Shown here piece after piece: positions 28,470 through 37,245 of a stretch of DNA of 61,773 bases. The stretch is from an uncultured bacterium. Lineage in GTDB: Bacteria; Cyanobacteriota; Vampirovibrionia; Gastranaerophilales; Gastranaerophilaceae. The DNA lies in assembly GCA_949284155.1 (NCBI GenBank), contig CASDVD010000024.1, positions 1 to 61,773 of the forward strand, given 5' to 3'. The position numbers and the translations under genes are program-made. The notes under the pieces were generated by a model. It was not told the DNA's origin and searched no databases. It saw only the letters and a program-made list of their open reading frames with translations. Numbering within the stretch: position 1 is the stretch's first letter; each line of letters begins with the position of its first letter.

Positions 28470-29342
28470 CTAGTATGACTTTTCTTCGATAATAAATTTT
28501 GGGTAAGCACCTAAAACTCTCAAGAAATTTGTATAAGGTTTTATTCTTTTAAGTGCTTCTTTCCCTGCTTCTTCTTCCGGATGTCCCTCAAAATCCACAA
28601 AAAATACATATTCACCGAGAAACTTTTTAGATGGTCTTGAATCAATATAACAAAGATTGATTTGCAGCTGTTCAAAAACTTTTAATACTTTAACAAGCGC
28701 TCCTGCTTCATTATTAGTTGCAAATACAATACTGGTTTTATCATTCCCTGTTATAACGGAAGGATTTCTAGATATTAGAATGAATCTTGTTTTATTATCC
28801 TTTTCATCGTTTATATTCTTTTTCAGAATTGTAAGCCCCAGCTTGTTTGCACCTGTTTCACTTCCGATGGCTGCATATGAATCATCTTTGTTTAGCAGTT
28901 CATGCATAGCCCTGCTGGTTGAGGAGGTTTCAATGAATTCAAATTTTGAACTGAATAGTTTGTGCATTGAATTTTGGCATTGGCTAAGTGCTTGAGGATG
29001 AGATATAACTTTAGTTATTTGGGACAGATTGTTATTTTTTGATACAAGGCAGTGATTAATTTCTATTACGGTTTCAGCACTAATGTGCAAGTTGGTATCT
29101 TTTATTCGGACAAGATTGTCAATTGATTCTCTGACTATTCCTTCAATAGAATTTTCAACGGGTATTATGCCGATGGCGTTAATATTATTATCAGTAAAAT
29201 CTATTACATTCTTTATGGAGTAAAAGAATTTTTGAGCATAATCATTTAACCTTAAAGAATTGCAAAATATATTTTTTGCTTCTTCACAATATGACCCTTC
29301 CGGCCCCAGATATGCAATGATTTTTTTTGAGTTTAATGACAT
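28470..29342 (-). CDS. pheA: Prephenate dehydratase with ACT domain
   Basis: IAYLGPEGSYCEEA, TRFILI, and the ACT-region IDSRPSKK (ESRP-like). Confidence 0.88.
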   Translation of the reverse strand: MSLNSKKIIAYLGPEGSYCEEAKNIFCNSLRLNDYAQKFFYSIKNVIDFTDNNINAIGIIPVENSIEGIVRESIDNLVRIKDTNLHISAETVIEINHCLVSKNNNLSQITKVISHPQALSQCQNSMHKLFSSKFEFIETSSTSRAMHELLNKDDSYAAIGSETGANKLGLTILKKNINDEKDNKTRFILISRNPSVITGNDKTSIVFATNNEAGALVKVLKVFEQLQINLCYIDSRPSKKFLGEYVFFVDFEGHPEEEAGKEALKRIKPYTNFLRVLGAYPKFIIEEKSY

Positions 29343-29415
29343 GATTTGAAGATATACACAGAATCTGCTAAAATAATTTCATGTTAATTTTACAAAAAGC
29401 CAGGATAAATGACAA

Positions 29416-30843
29416 ATGACAAATGACAATGATGGTGCCGGGCCTGCAATAAAATTCGGAACAGACGGCTGGCGTGCTGTTGTAGGAAAAGATTTTAATT
29501 TAAAGAATGTAGAAATTGTTACAAAAGCCATTGCAAAATATGTATATGATAAAGATGGTATCCAAAAACCGTTCATCATAGGTTTTGATCCGAGAAATAA
29601 AGCAAAAGAATTTGCTGAATTTTGTGCCGGTATATTATGTAATTTAGGATTTTCCGTTACTTTATCCGAGGAAGTAATTCCGACGCCTGTGCTGGCCTAT
29701 TCGGCAAAATTATACGCATCAAATGCAATAATGTTTACGGCCTCGCACAATCCGCCGGAGTATTTGGGAGTAAAATTTATTCCTGAATATGCCGGCCCTG
29801 CAACTAATGAAATTACAAATGAGATTGTTGATAATATTCATAACATCTCTGAAATTTCTTTTAATAATCTTCAAAAAGGCGAGTTAAAATATAAATCTTT
29901 CAAAAACAGATACTTTGAGCATATTGAGTCGCTTATAGATTTTAAGCGAATTAAAGAGGCGGGGATTCAGATTATATATGACGGTTTATACGGTGCGAGC
30001 ATAGGATATTTTGACCGGCTGCTGGAGCGTAACGGAATAAATTTTGAGTCAATGCATATGTATCATGACGTTAATTTTGGCGGCGGAATGCCAGAACCAA
30101 AGGCTGCATATCTTTCTGAATTAATAGATGAAATTTGTCAAAGAACCAATGCAATCGGCCTCAGCAACGATGGCGACGGGGATAGATTCGGTGTTATTAA
30201 CGAGAAAGCAGAGTATGTGTCTCCGAATGAAATTATTGCATTACTGCTTAAACATTTGCTTCTTAATAAAAAAATAAGCGGAAAACTTGTTAAAACAGTT
30301 GGAGCAAGCCAGATGCTTGACATTGTTGCCGAAAAATATGATGTTGATGTTATTGAAACACCGGTCGGCTTCAAATGGGTCGGAAAGGCCATGCGAGAAA
30401 ATGATGTAATTATTGGCGGAGAAGAATCGGGCGGATTGAGTATTAAAGGTCATATTCCTGAAAAAGACGGTATTCTTGCAAATCTTTTGATTCTTGAGAT
30501 GCTGGCTTATGAAAATAAACATCTTTGGGAGTTGCAGGAAGATTTGAAGCAAGATGCCGGATGTGAGTTTATAAATAAAAGGGTTGATGTCAAGCTGGAA
30601 AATCAACAACAGCTTAAGAAAATGATGATGGAGTTTTCTGATTTGAAAACAATTGCATCGTATAAAGTTTTTGAAAAAGATGCCAAAGACGGTGTCAGGT
30701 ATTTTCTGGATGATATGAAATCCAGAATTTTAATACGGCCCAGCGGAACAGAACCTCTTTTGAGAGTTTATTTTGAATCAGATTCGAAAGATAAAATTGA
30801 AGAACTGAAAAAGTGGTTTGAAAAGACTGAAATTATTCATTAA
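29416..30843 (+). CDS. Phosphoglucomutase/phosphomannomutase-family enzyme
   Basis: FGTDGWRAVVG, active-site FTASHNPPEYLGVKF, metal loop SNDGDGDR, sugar loop GGEESGG. Confidence 0.88.
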   Translation: MTNDNDGAGPAIKFGTDGWRAVVGKDFNLKNVEIVTKAIAKYVYDKDGIQKPFIIGFDPRNKAKEFAEFCAGILCNLGFSVTLSEEVIPTPVLAYSAKLYASNAIMFTASHNPPEYLGVKFIPEYAGPATNEITNEIVDNIHNISEISFNNLQKGELKYKSFKNRYFEHIESLIDFKRIKEAGIQIIYDGLYGASIGYFDRLLERNGINFESMHMYHDVNFGGGMPEPKAAYLSELIDEICQRTNAIGLSNDGDGDRFGVINEKAEYVSPNEIIALLLKHLLLNKKISGKLVKTVGASQMLDIVAEKYDVDVIETPVGFKWVGKAMRENDVIIGGEESGGLSIKGHIPEKDGILANLLILEMLAYENKHLWELQEDLKQDAGCEFINKRVDVKLENQQQLKKMMMEFSDLKTIASYKVFEKDAKDGVRYFLDDMKSRILIRPSGTEPLLRVYFESDSKDKIEELKKWFEKTEIIH

Positions 30844-32209
30844 TTTTCTTGGTTATAGCGGAAATGACCGTTGCCAGTGAGTTATTGTATCCCAGCTCGT
30901 CTTTGACTTTTTCATATGAGTAAAGAACGGTTGTGTGTTTTTTATCAAAAAATTCTCCGATTTGGGGGAAACTTTGTTTTGTTAAGTCACGGCAGATGTA
31001 TATCGCTACCTGCCTTGCTTCTGCTATTTTTTGTGCACGTCCGGAGCCTTTTATATCATTTGGCGAGATATTATAATAACTTGCCACTTCGTCCACTATT
31101 GAATCCAGTGTAATAGTTTTCGCTTTTTCAGAATAATTGATAATTTTTTTTACATTTTCAAGATTTAATTCCACTTCATTTATGCTTGAGTATGCTGTTA
31201 TTCTGTTGAAGGCACCTTCAAGTTCCCTTATATTATGTGCATAAATTGTTGCCAGAAATTCAATAATATTATTTGGAACATTTATTTCAGAGCTAAGGGC
31301 CAGATTATTGAGAATAGCCATTCTTGTTTCTATATCAGGAACCTGAATATCCGCCATTAATCCCCATTCAAACCGGCTCACCAGCCTGTCGGAAATTGAG
31401 GGTATTTCTTTAGGTGTACGGTCGCTCGTGATGACAATCTGTTTCCCTGCGCTATGCAAAGTATTAAAAGTATTAAAAACCTCTTCTTCTGTTCTTGTTT
31501 TGCCGGCAATTAGCTGGATATCGTCAATTAAAAGAACATCTGCTTTTCTGTATTTATTTCTGAATTTGTTCATTTTATCAATAGTATCATAGCCCTTTGC
31601 CAGTGCGTTAACGACATCATTTACGAATTCTTCGGCTTGAACAAATTTTACCTTGAGATTGGGTTTGTTTTTTATAATATAATGTCCGATTGCCTGCATA
31701 AGGTGAGTTTTTCCTAAGCCGGGGCCGCCGTATATATAAAGCGGATTGTATTTTTCTCCCGGGTTTTTTGCAACAGTTTGTGCAGCAACAAATGCAAGTT
31801 TATTGTTTGAACCTACGACAAAATTTTCAAATTTATATTTTAAATTTAAATTTGACGACTGCATTTGCGTGAGACTGTCGTACTGATATTTTTTTTGTGC
31901 ATTGTCATCTTCTTTTTTTGATTTTGAGCTTTTTTTGGCAAATTTTTTTGCTAATTCATCATCATAAATTATTTTTATTTCCAGTTCTTTGCCCAGAACT
32001 TTTTTTATTGCGCCGGTCATCTCCTGATGATGATTTTTTCTGAGCATGCCGGGAGCAAATGCTTGTCCTGTGTGCACGACAAAATTATTTTCATCGAAAT
32101 ACTGCGGCTCTAAAGGCAGAATCCATGTAGAAAAGGTGGAATCGGGGATTTCCTTTTCCAATATATCCAATATCGCATTCCAAACTTCAAGTATATTTTC
32201 CTGACTCAT
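30833..32209 (-). CDS. dnaA: Chromosomal replication initiator DnaA
   Basis: N-terminal W..IL domain, AAA+ Walker A GGPGLGKTHL, LLIDDIQ, and C-terminal DNA-binding domain (KHTTVLYSYEKV). Confidence 0.92.
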   Translation of the reverse strand: MSQENILEVWNAILDILEKEIPDSTFSTWILPLEPQYFDENNFVVHTGQAFAPGMLRKNHHQEMTGAIKKVLGKELEIKIIYDDELAKKFAKKSSKSKKEDDNAQKKYQYDSLTQMQSSNLNLKYKFENFVVGSNNKLAFVAAQTVAKNPGEKYNPLYIYGGPGLGKTHLMQAIGHYIIKNKPNLKVKFVQAEEFVNDVVNALAKGYDTIDKMNKFRNKYRKADVLLIDDIQLIAGKTRTEEEVFNTFNTLHSAGKQIVITSDRTPKEIPSISDRLVSRFEWGLMADIQVPDIETRMAILNNLALSSEINVPNNIIEFLATIYAHNIRELEGAFNRITAYSSINEVELNLENVKKIINYSEKAKTITLDSIVDEVASYYNISPNDIKGSGRAQKIAEARQVAIYICRDLTKQSFPQIGEFFDKKHTTVLYSYEKVKDELGYNNSLATVISAITKKINE

Positions 32210-32265
32210 AAAATTATTCTATATCAAAATGGTATTATTTGAAATCTTAATTTGAGACTTTAGGC

Positions 32266-33162
32266 TCATTTTTTTTCAATTTTTTCAATTATTGCATTAA
32301 GCGTAGATTTGGAGCCGTAAATTTTATTTATCAAAATTTGAAAAGGGTGAAGCATCATGCCCAGAAGACGAAATTTGTTATTCAGTTTTTTATTAAATAA
32401 ATTAGCCAGATTGTTGCTCATATATGGCATTTCGCTTTCAAATAGAGTGTATTGATAGTTTTTAAGTAATATTTGAAAACTTTTTTTTGTAAAATGCGTC
32501 AGATGATACGGTGGATAATACAGGTTTGAATATTTTCCGAATATTTTTGAAATAGCTGAATCGATGTTTGGTACTTCAATAATAAGCTTTCCATGCGGGT
32601 TGAGTTTTTCATACAGCAGTTTTATAAAGTACTGCGGGTTGTAAACATGCTCAAGAACATGCCGTAAAAAAATTACATCGTAATTTTTTTCACTATTAAA
32701 AAATTTTTCAACAGTAATATAAATTACATCTTTATTCCCGGCCAATTCCGGCGGAGGTTCTTTTGAAAAATCAACAGCAAAGACCTGTGAGTTTTTATAA
32801 AGTACTTTCATTGCTGCGGCGTATCTGCCGTTTCCTGTTCCAAAATCGGCAATTGATTCTGGACAAGAATTTTTTAAGTATCGTTTTATTTCTTTTTTTG
32901 CTATATAGTTTTTTATTCTGTCAAATATTCCTTGTTTCCCTTCATCAAAATTTTTTGAACCTCTTTTGTCGTAGAGATATTTTAAGGTATCTTCTGTCGG
33001 GATTGGAGAAGTAAAACAGGCGGAACAAGAGGTGCACTTCAGAATATTGAATCTGCCAAGATTAGTGTCATAATCTTCACATTCCAGAATCTTTTCCAGA
33101 CAAGAATTTCCGCAAATATCACATTTAGATTTTTCGACATAGATTACAGAACTTTTTGACAT
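32266..33162 (-). CDS. Class I SAM-dependent methyltransferase with N-terminal Cys4 zinc ribbon
   Basis: CDICGNS ... CTSCSACF, then IADFGTGNGRY (motif I) and VIFLRHVLEHV. Confidence 0.75.
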   Translation of the reverse strand: MSKSSVIYVEKSKCDICGNSCLEKILECEDYDTNLGRFNILKCTSCSACFTSPIPTEDTLKYLYDKRGSKNFDEGKQGIFDRIKNYIAKKEIKRYLKNSCPESIADFGTGNGRYAAAMKVLYKNSQVFAVDFSKEPPPELAGNKDVIYITVEKFFNSEKNYDVIFLRHVLEHVYNPQYFIKLLYEKLNPHGKLIIEVPNIDSAISKIFGKYSNLYYPPYHLTHFTKKSFQILLKNYQYTLFESEMPYMSNNLANLFNKKLNNKFRLLGMMLHPFQILINKIYGSKSTLNAIIEKIEKK

Positions 33163-33317
33163 AACTATATATTAGCAAAAAATATATTACCCGTCTTTCT
33201 TATATTTATTCTTTGGGTGTATCTAAGGGTCTAAAAATTTGTTAAGATTCTTGAAATGAGATTTGAACATGTTATAATAAATATACGGGGAACTAATAAT
33301 GGGAAAGGATCGAAGAA

Positions 33318-33509
33318 ATGCGAGTTGGTATTGTAAATAATGCTTCAATGTTTTGTCAACCTCTTAGATTTGGAAAATCAGAGCCGAAAAAAACGGTTGA
33401 TGAATTGAAACAGGAAAATGCTGCTCTTCGATTGAAATTTAAAAAAGCATGTGAGATTGCTGCTCTTCAGGCTGATCAGTTTGAAAGTGCAGTTAAATCT
33501 AAAAAATAA
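33318..33509 (+). CDS. Small hypothetical coiled-coil protein
   Basis: 63-aa ORF with AAGGA upstream. K/E-rich helix. Ends 2 nt from the convergent yraN stop. Confidence 0.35.
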   Translation: MRVGIVNNASMFCQPLRFGKSEPKKTVDELKQENAALRLKFKKACEIAALQADQFESAVKSKK

Positions 33510-33511
33510 TT

Positions 33512-33877
33512 TTAAAATGTGCTTATATTTTTAATATGTTCCATTTCGTAATTATCTGCACCCAGAATTGATATCACATCGATTCTGTAATTTTTATACG
33601 TTTCATTTGTCGTTTGCAGATAAAACATTGCTGCTTTGTAAATGTTTTCCAGCTTTTTTTGAGTGATTGCTTCAAGCGGATGACCAAAAAATTTTGTCTT
33701 TCTGGTTTTTACCTCTACAAAAACAATAGAATCTTTTTCTTTTGCGATGATATCAATCTCTGAATATCTTGAATAATGAAAATTTCTTTCAAGTATTTTG
33801 TATCCGAGATTTTGCAAATATTTTGATGCTATTTCTTCTCCGAGTGCACCCGTGATTTTGTTTGAAACTTTATTCAT
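33512..33877 (-). CDS. yraN: YraN-family (UPF0102) PD-(D/E)xK endonuclease-like protein
   Basis: GALGEEIASKYLQNLGYKILERNF...SEIDIIAKEKDSIVFVEVKTRKT matches the YraN core. Confidence 0.85.
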   Translation of the reverse strand: MNKVSNKITGALGEEIASKYLQNLGYKILERNFHYSRYSEIDIIAKEKDSIVFVEVKTRKTKFFGHPLEAITQKKLENIYKAAMFYLQTTNETYKNYRIDVISILGADNYEMEHIKNISTF

Positions 33878-34778
33878 ATTTTTCTATTATACTGTCTAAA
33901 AGATTTTTAAAATCTTTTCTGAATTCTTTAGGAAATTTTACTTCACAATTTTCTCTGTATCGCAGCAAACGTCTCATCAGAACCTCCCTGTCTTTGCCCC
34001 GGTTTGTAATAGTCAGGGTGGACGGTTCATTTACGTCAATTTTTTCTTCATCTCTTGAAACATATACTTTCGCCAGATGCCCTTTGAGGACAAATGTTAC
34101 ATCATTTATTATACTTTTTTCGGGGAATCTGTTGGGCAGTTGTTTTGCATCATCAATACTTTCAATCAAAAATTCTTTAAAGTTCCCTTCCGGGGGATAA
34201 TAAGCGATAAGATATGCATTATTTTGCCTTACAATAATTTCTTTAGGATGAATTTTATAGGTATTACCCTGATATTTTATTATTAGCTGCTGTTTGTCCG
34301 CACAAAAATGGATATATTGTTTTAAGAGTTTTTTTGATGTGTCATCGCAAAGATTTTTTAGCCGTATCCCTTTAGCTTCCTGTGATTTTAATAATTCATA
34401 CGATTCTTTATCAAGTGCGTTTTCTATTCTTCTGAATTGTTCATAAAGTGAACTTTGAATTTCTGATTTAACCATGCTTTTCATATAATTTTTCAGAAAA
34501 TTAAAAGCACGTATCTCATTTATATTAAGATGTAATGAATCGATATCATTTTTTAGATAAAATTTACTGCCGTTTTTTTCAATTTGAAACCCCATTACTC
34601 TTAGAGTATTAAAATATTTTGATATTGTTTCTTTTGCGTAAATATTGCTGACATTTTCATTGTCTTCAATTAATTGAATAATTTCATACCGAGAACAAGG
34701 ATGATTCGACATATGTTTATATAATTCTAAAACACGCAGACCGGCTGCTGCTACTTTACGTCTGGTCATTTTTTTCAT
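33870..34778 (-). CDS. WYL-domain transcriptional regulator (wHTH-WYL-WCX), second of a tandem pair
   Basis: N-terminal wHTH (LRVLELYKHMSNHPCSRYEIIQLI). WYL-like core NNAYLIAYYPPEGNFKEFLIESI. C-terminal extension. Overlaps yraN by 8 nt. Confidence 0.7.
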   Translation of the reverse strand: MKKMTRRKVAAAGLRVLELYKHMSNHPCSRYEIIQLIEDNENVSNIYAKETISKYFNTLRVMGFQIEKNGSKFYLKNDIDSLHLNINEIRAFNFLKNYMKSMVKSEIQSSLYEQFRRIENALDKESYELLKSQEAKGIRLKNLCDDTSKKLLKQYIHFCADKQQLIIKYQGNTYKIHPKEIIVRQNNAYLIAYYPPEGNFKEFLIESIDDAKQLPNRFPEKSIINDVTFVLKGHLAKVYVSRDEEKIDVNEPSTLTITNRGKDREVLMRRLLRYRENCEVKFPKEFRKDFKNLLDSIIEKYE

Positions 34779-35730
34779 ACTCCGCTCTGATGCTCTTTAG
34801 TATTTTAACAAATTTATCCTTGAACTCTTGCGGTGCAATAATCTTACATTCCGCTCCGTAAGAGAGTAATTTCTGTATAAAATTAAATTCACTGTAAACT
34901 GATGCTTCAATAATAATTGTTGAATCGGATTTGGAAATTATATGCTCAAATCTGTTTTCCTGAAAAGTATGCAGTGCAAGTCCTGTTAATGCATATCTGA
35001 CCTTTTTAATCAGTCCGAGATATTTTTCATAAATTTCTTTGTTGTTTCCGTATTCAATTTGTGTGACTGATTTTATTTTATCTATTCTTAAATAACCTAT
35101 ATTTTCATATTTATATGAGTATCCCCATACGTATAATTTTTCATTTTCAAATTCAATAAAATCAGGCAAAAAAGATAAATCTTCCCAGCCGTTTTTTGCG
35201 GAACGATAATGAATATTCACCGTGCATTTTTGTTTTGTTGCAATGATTAAATCTTGTAGTACTTTTTTATCTATATCTTTGAGCGGATGTTTTGTGGTGA
35301 GAAGTTCCAGAGCATATTTATCGCTGATAAAACCGGCAAGTTTTTTGTACAGGTTATTAACAGAATCGATAAGCTGCCAGTCTCCTGTCGCAATTACTCC
35401 TTTTCTTAACTCGTGAAGATAAAAGGCATTCGATTCGCTAATTTTTAAAGAAAACGGATGAGAGGTTATTGAATATTTGAAATTATTTTTTTTATTTGGT
35501 TTGGGTATAATACAGCCTGCGCTTCGTAATGTGTTGATGGTATTTGTAATTGTATCATCTGATAAATCTTTGCCAATAAATGAATCTTTTGCAAAAATTT
35601 CAGACAATTCTTCTCTGGTATAGCTGGACGTTAACAGCAGCCGTAATAAAAATAAAGCTCTGTAGCCGGTTTTGCTTATGACGTTTTCTTTTATATCCCT
35701 TATGGGGCTTTTCAACATATTTTTGTCCAT
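34756..35730 (-). CDS. WYL-domain transcriptional regulator (wHTH-WYL-WCX), first of a tandem pair
   Basis: wHTH (YRALFLLRLLLTSSYTREELSEIF). WYL core KLYVWGYSYKYENIGYLRIDKIKSV. WCX-like IIIEASVYSEFNFIQKLLSYGAECKIIAPQEFKDKF. Overlaps its partner by 23 nt. Confidence 0.72.
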   Translation of the reverse strand: MDKNMLKSPIRDIKENVISKTGYRALFLLRLLLTSSYTREELSEIFAKDSFIGKDLSDDTITNTINTLRSAGCIIPKPNKKNNFKYSITSHPFSLKISESNAFYLHELRKGVIATGDWQLIDSVNNLYKKLAGFISDKYALELLTTKHPLKDIDKKVLQDLIIATKQKCTVNIHYRSAKNGWEDLSFLPDFIEFENEKLYVWGYSYKYENIGYLRIDKIKSVTQIEYGNNKEIYEKYLGLIKKVRYALTGLALHTFQENRFEHIISKSDSTIIIEASVYSEFNFIQKLLSYGAECKIIAPQEFKDKFVKILKSIRAEYEKNDQT

Positions 35731-35809
35731 TTATTGCAGTTACGTCGGTTAGCTTAAGAATATTTTATTTTAAATTTTTCTTTTATTTGTGTATATATTT
35801 GCCGTTTAA

Positions 35810-36862
35810 TTAAGCTTTGGGAATTTCTTCTTTTTGCGGTTGTGAAATTGATTCTGTTTCTCTGATATGAATCTTGTTTATGATATTTGCACGTTTTTTG
35901 CGGAAAAGCATATCAGTGAAAGCTTCTATTCTTGTAACAAAACCGGCCTCTCCTGTTTGTTCGTCTATTGAAAGGTTCAGGCATGGTTTATTATACTTTC
36001 TTGAATATCTTTGGATTCTCTCAACCATGATTGAATCAGGGCCGCAGCCGAAGGCATTGATTGTAATGATTCCGTCAATTTTGTTATCTTGAAGATAATG
36101 CCCGGCAGCACCGGCCATTTCCAGTTCATTAGCCCAGTATATATTCGTTTCTAATGCTGACAGGCCTTCAACCAGCTGTTCTTCAGGAAGCATATATGCT
36201 GTGAATGCTTTTACATCGAGTTTTTCGAGTTTATCGAATATTTTCATAGAGACTCTGTCGTCATATAGATTATAGCCATGGGCTATTACTGCAACATTGA
36301 TAGGGTATTCTTTTTGGTTGTTAACGATAACGACTTTCCCTTCTTTAGCAAATTTTAATGCTTTTTCAAATGGGATACCCGAATTCATCATAATTTTGAA
36401 ATTATTCAAAACTTTCCAGCCTGCTTTGGAGGCCAGTTTGATTTTCTTTTCATCTGTTATTCCGAAAACTTTAACACTTTCTTTTAAAAATTGATATAGC
36501 CCTTGATTTTTTTCTGATTTATCAAGTGTCGGATCAATCAGCGTAAATTTTCTTTTTACGACATTTTTGATTAAATCCGGCAATCCTCTGATTTTTGAAC
36601 AGTTATAAATTTTATGATCAATGGACTGAATAGACGGTACAAAAATTTTGTCTATACCTTTATCAAGCAAATTCAAAATATGGCCCACATAAACTTTAAT
36701 GGGCAGGCATGTTTCTGAAACTACTAATGCAGAACCTTTAGACATTGTTTCTTTAGTTGTTTTATCAGATAGAACAACTTCAATTCCGAGTTCTTTAAAA
36801 AATCCGAACCAGAAGGGGAAATAGTTGTAATAAGACATTGCTCTGGGTATTCCTATTTGCAT
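35810..36862 (-). CDS. Acyl-CoA dehydratase activase-related protein (DUF2229-type)
   Basis: MQIGIPRAMSYYNYFPFWFGFFKELGIEVVLSDKTT ... ETCLPIKV ... AFGCGPD is the characteristic signature of this family. No BcrAD/BadFG ATPase partner in the window. Confidence 0.65.
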   Translation of the reverse strand: MQIGIPRAMSYYNYFPFWFGFFKELGIEVVLSDKTTKETMSKGSALVVSETCLPIKVYVGHILNLLDKGIDKIFVPSIQSIDHKIYNCSKIRGLPDLIKNVVKRKFTLIDPTLDKSEKNQGLYQFLKESVKVFGITDEKKIKLASKAGWKVLNNFKIMMNSGIPFEKALKFAKEGKVVIVNNQKEYPINVAVIAHGYNLYDDRVSMKIFDKLEKLDVKAFTAYMLPEEQLVEGLSALETNIYWANELEMAGAAGHYLQDNKIDGIITINAFGCGPDSIMVERIQRYSRKYNKPCLNLSIDEQTGEAGFVTRIEAFTDMLFRKKRANIINKIHIRETESISQPQKEEIPKA

Positions 36863-37245
36863 TAGATAATCCTTTTTTATCTGTACACTTATTATTGACT
36901 TGATTATAAATCAAAAAAATAAATTTTTGACATTATCTTATGACAAAGTTAATAAGGTAAAAAATATTTATTAATAATATTTAAAATTTTTTTACCCGAT
37001 TAAATTATCCCCGTGATGCTTTAATTGAGTGAAGATATGTTTGTATAATTTAAGTATATTTGTAGTTTTTAACCATAATTTTAATAAAAATAATCTTTAC
37101 AATACTTAGCGTATCTTAATAAAACTTGAGATTAAGTATAAAAATTACACTTATTATGTAAAATTATGTTAAAATGTAAACTACAAATAGCAATTTTTAA
37201 TATTGACCATCATTGAGAATTTACGTAGATGTTGTTAGGACAAAA

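Noticed and set aside
37166-37216. Mini-ORF MLKCKLQIAIFNIDHH-stop just upstream of paralog A, as a possible His leader peptide.
   Set aside because: No alternative hairpins or terminator follow it, so it is probably a chance ORF in an AT-rich spacer.
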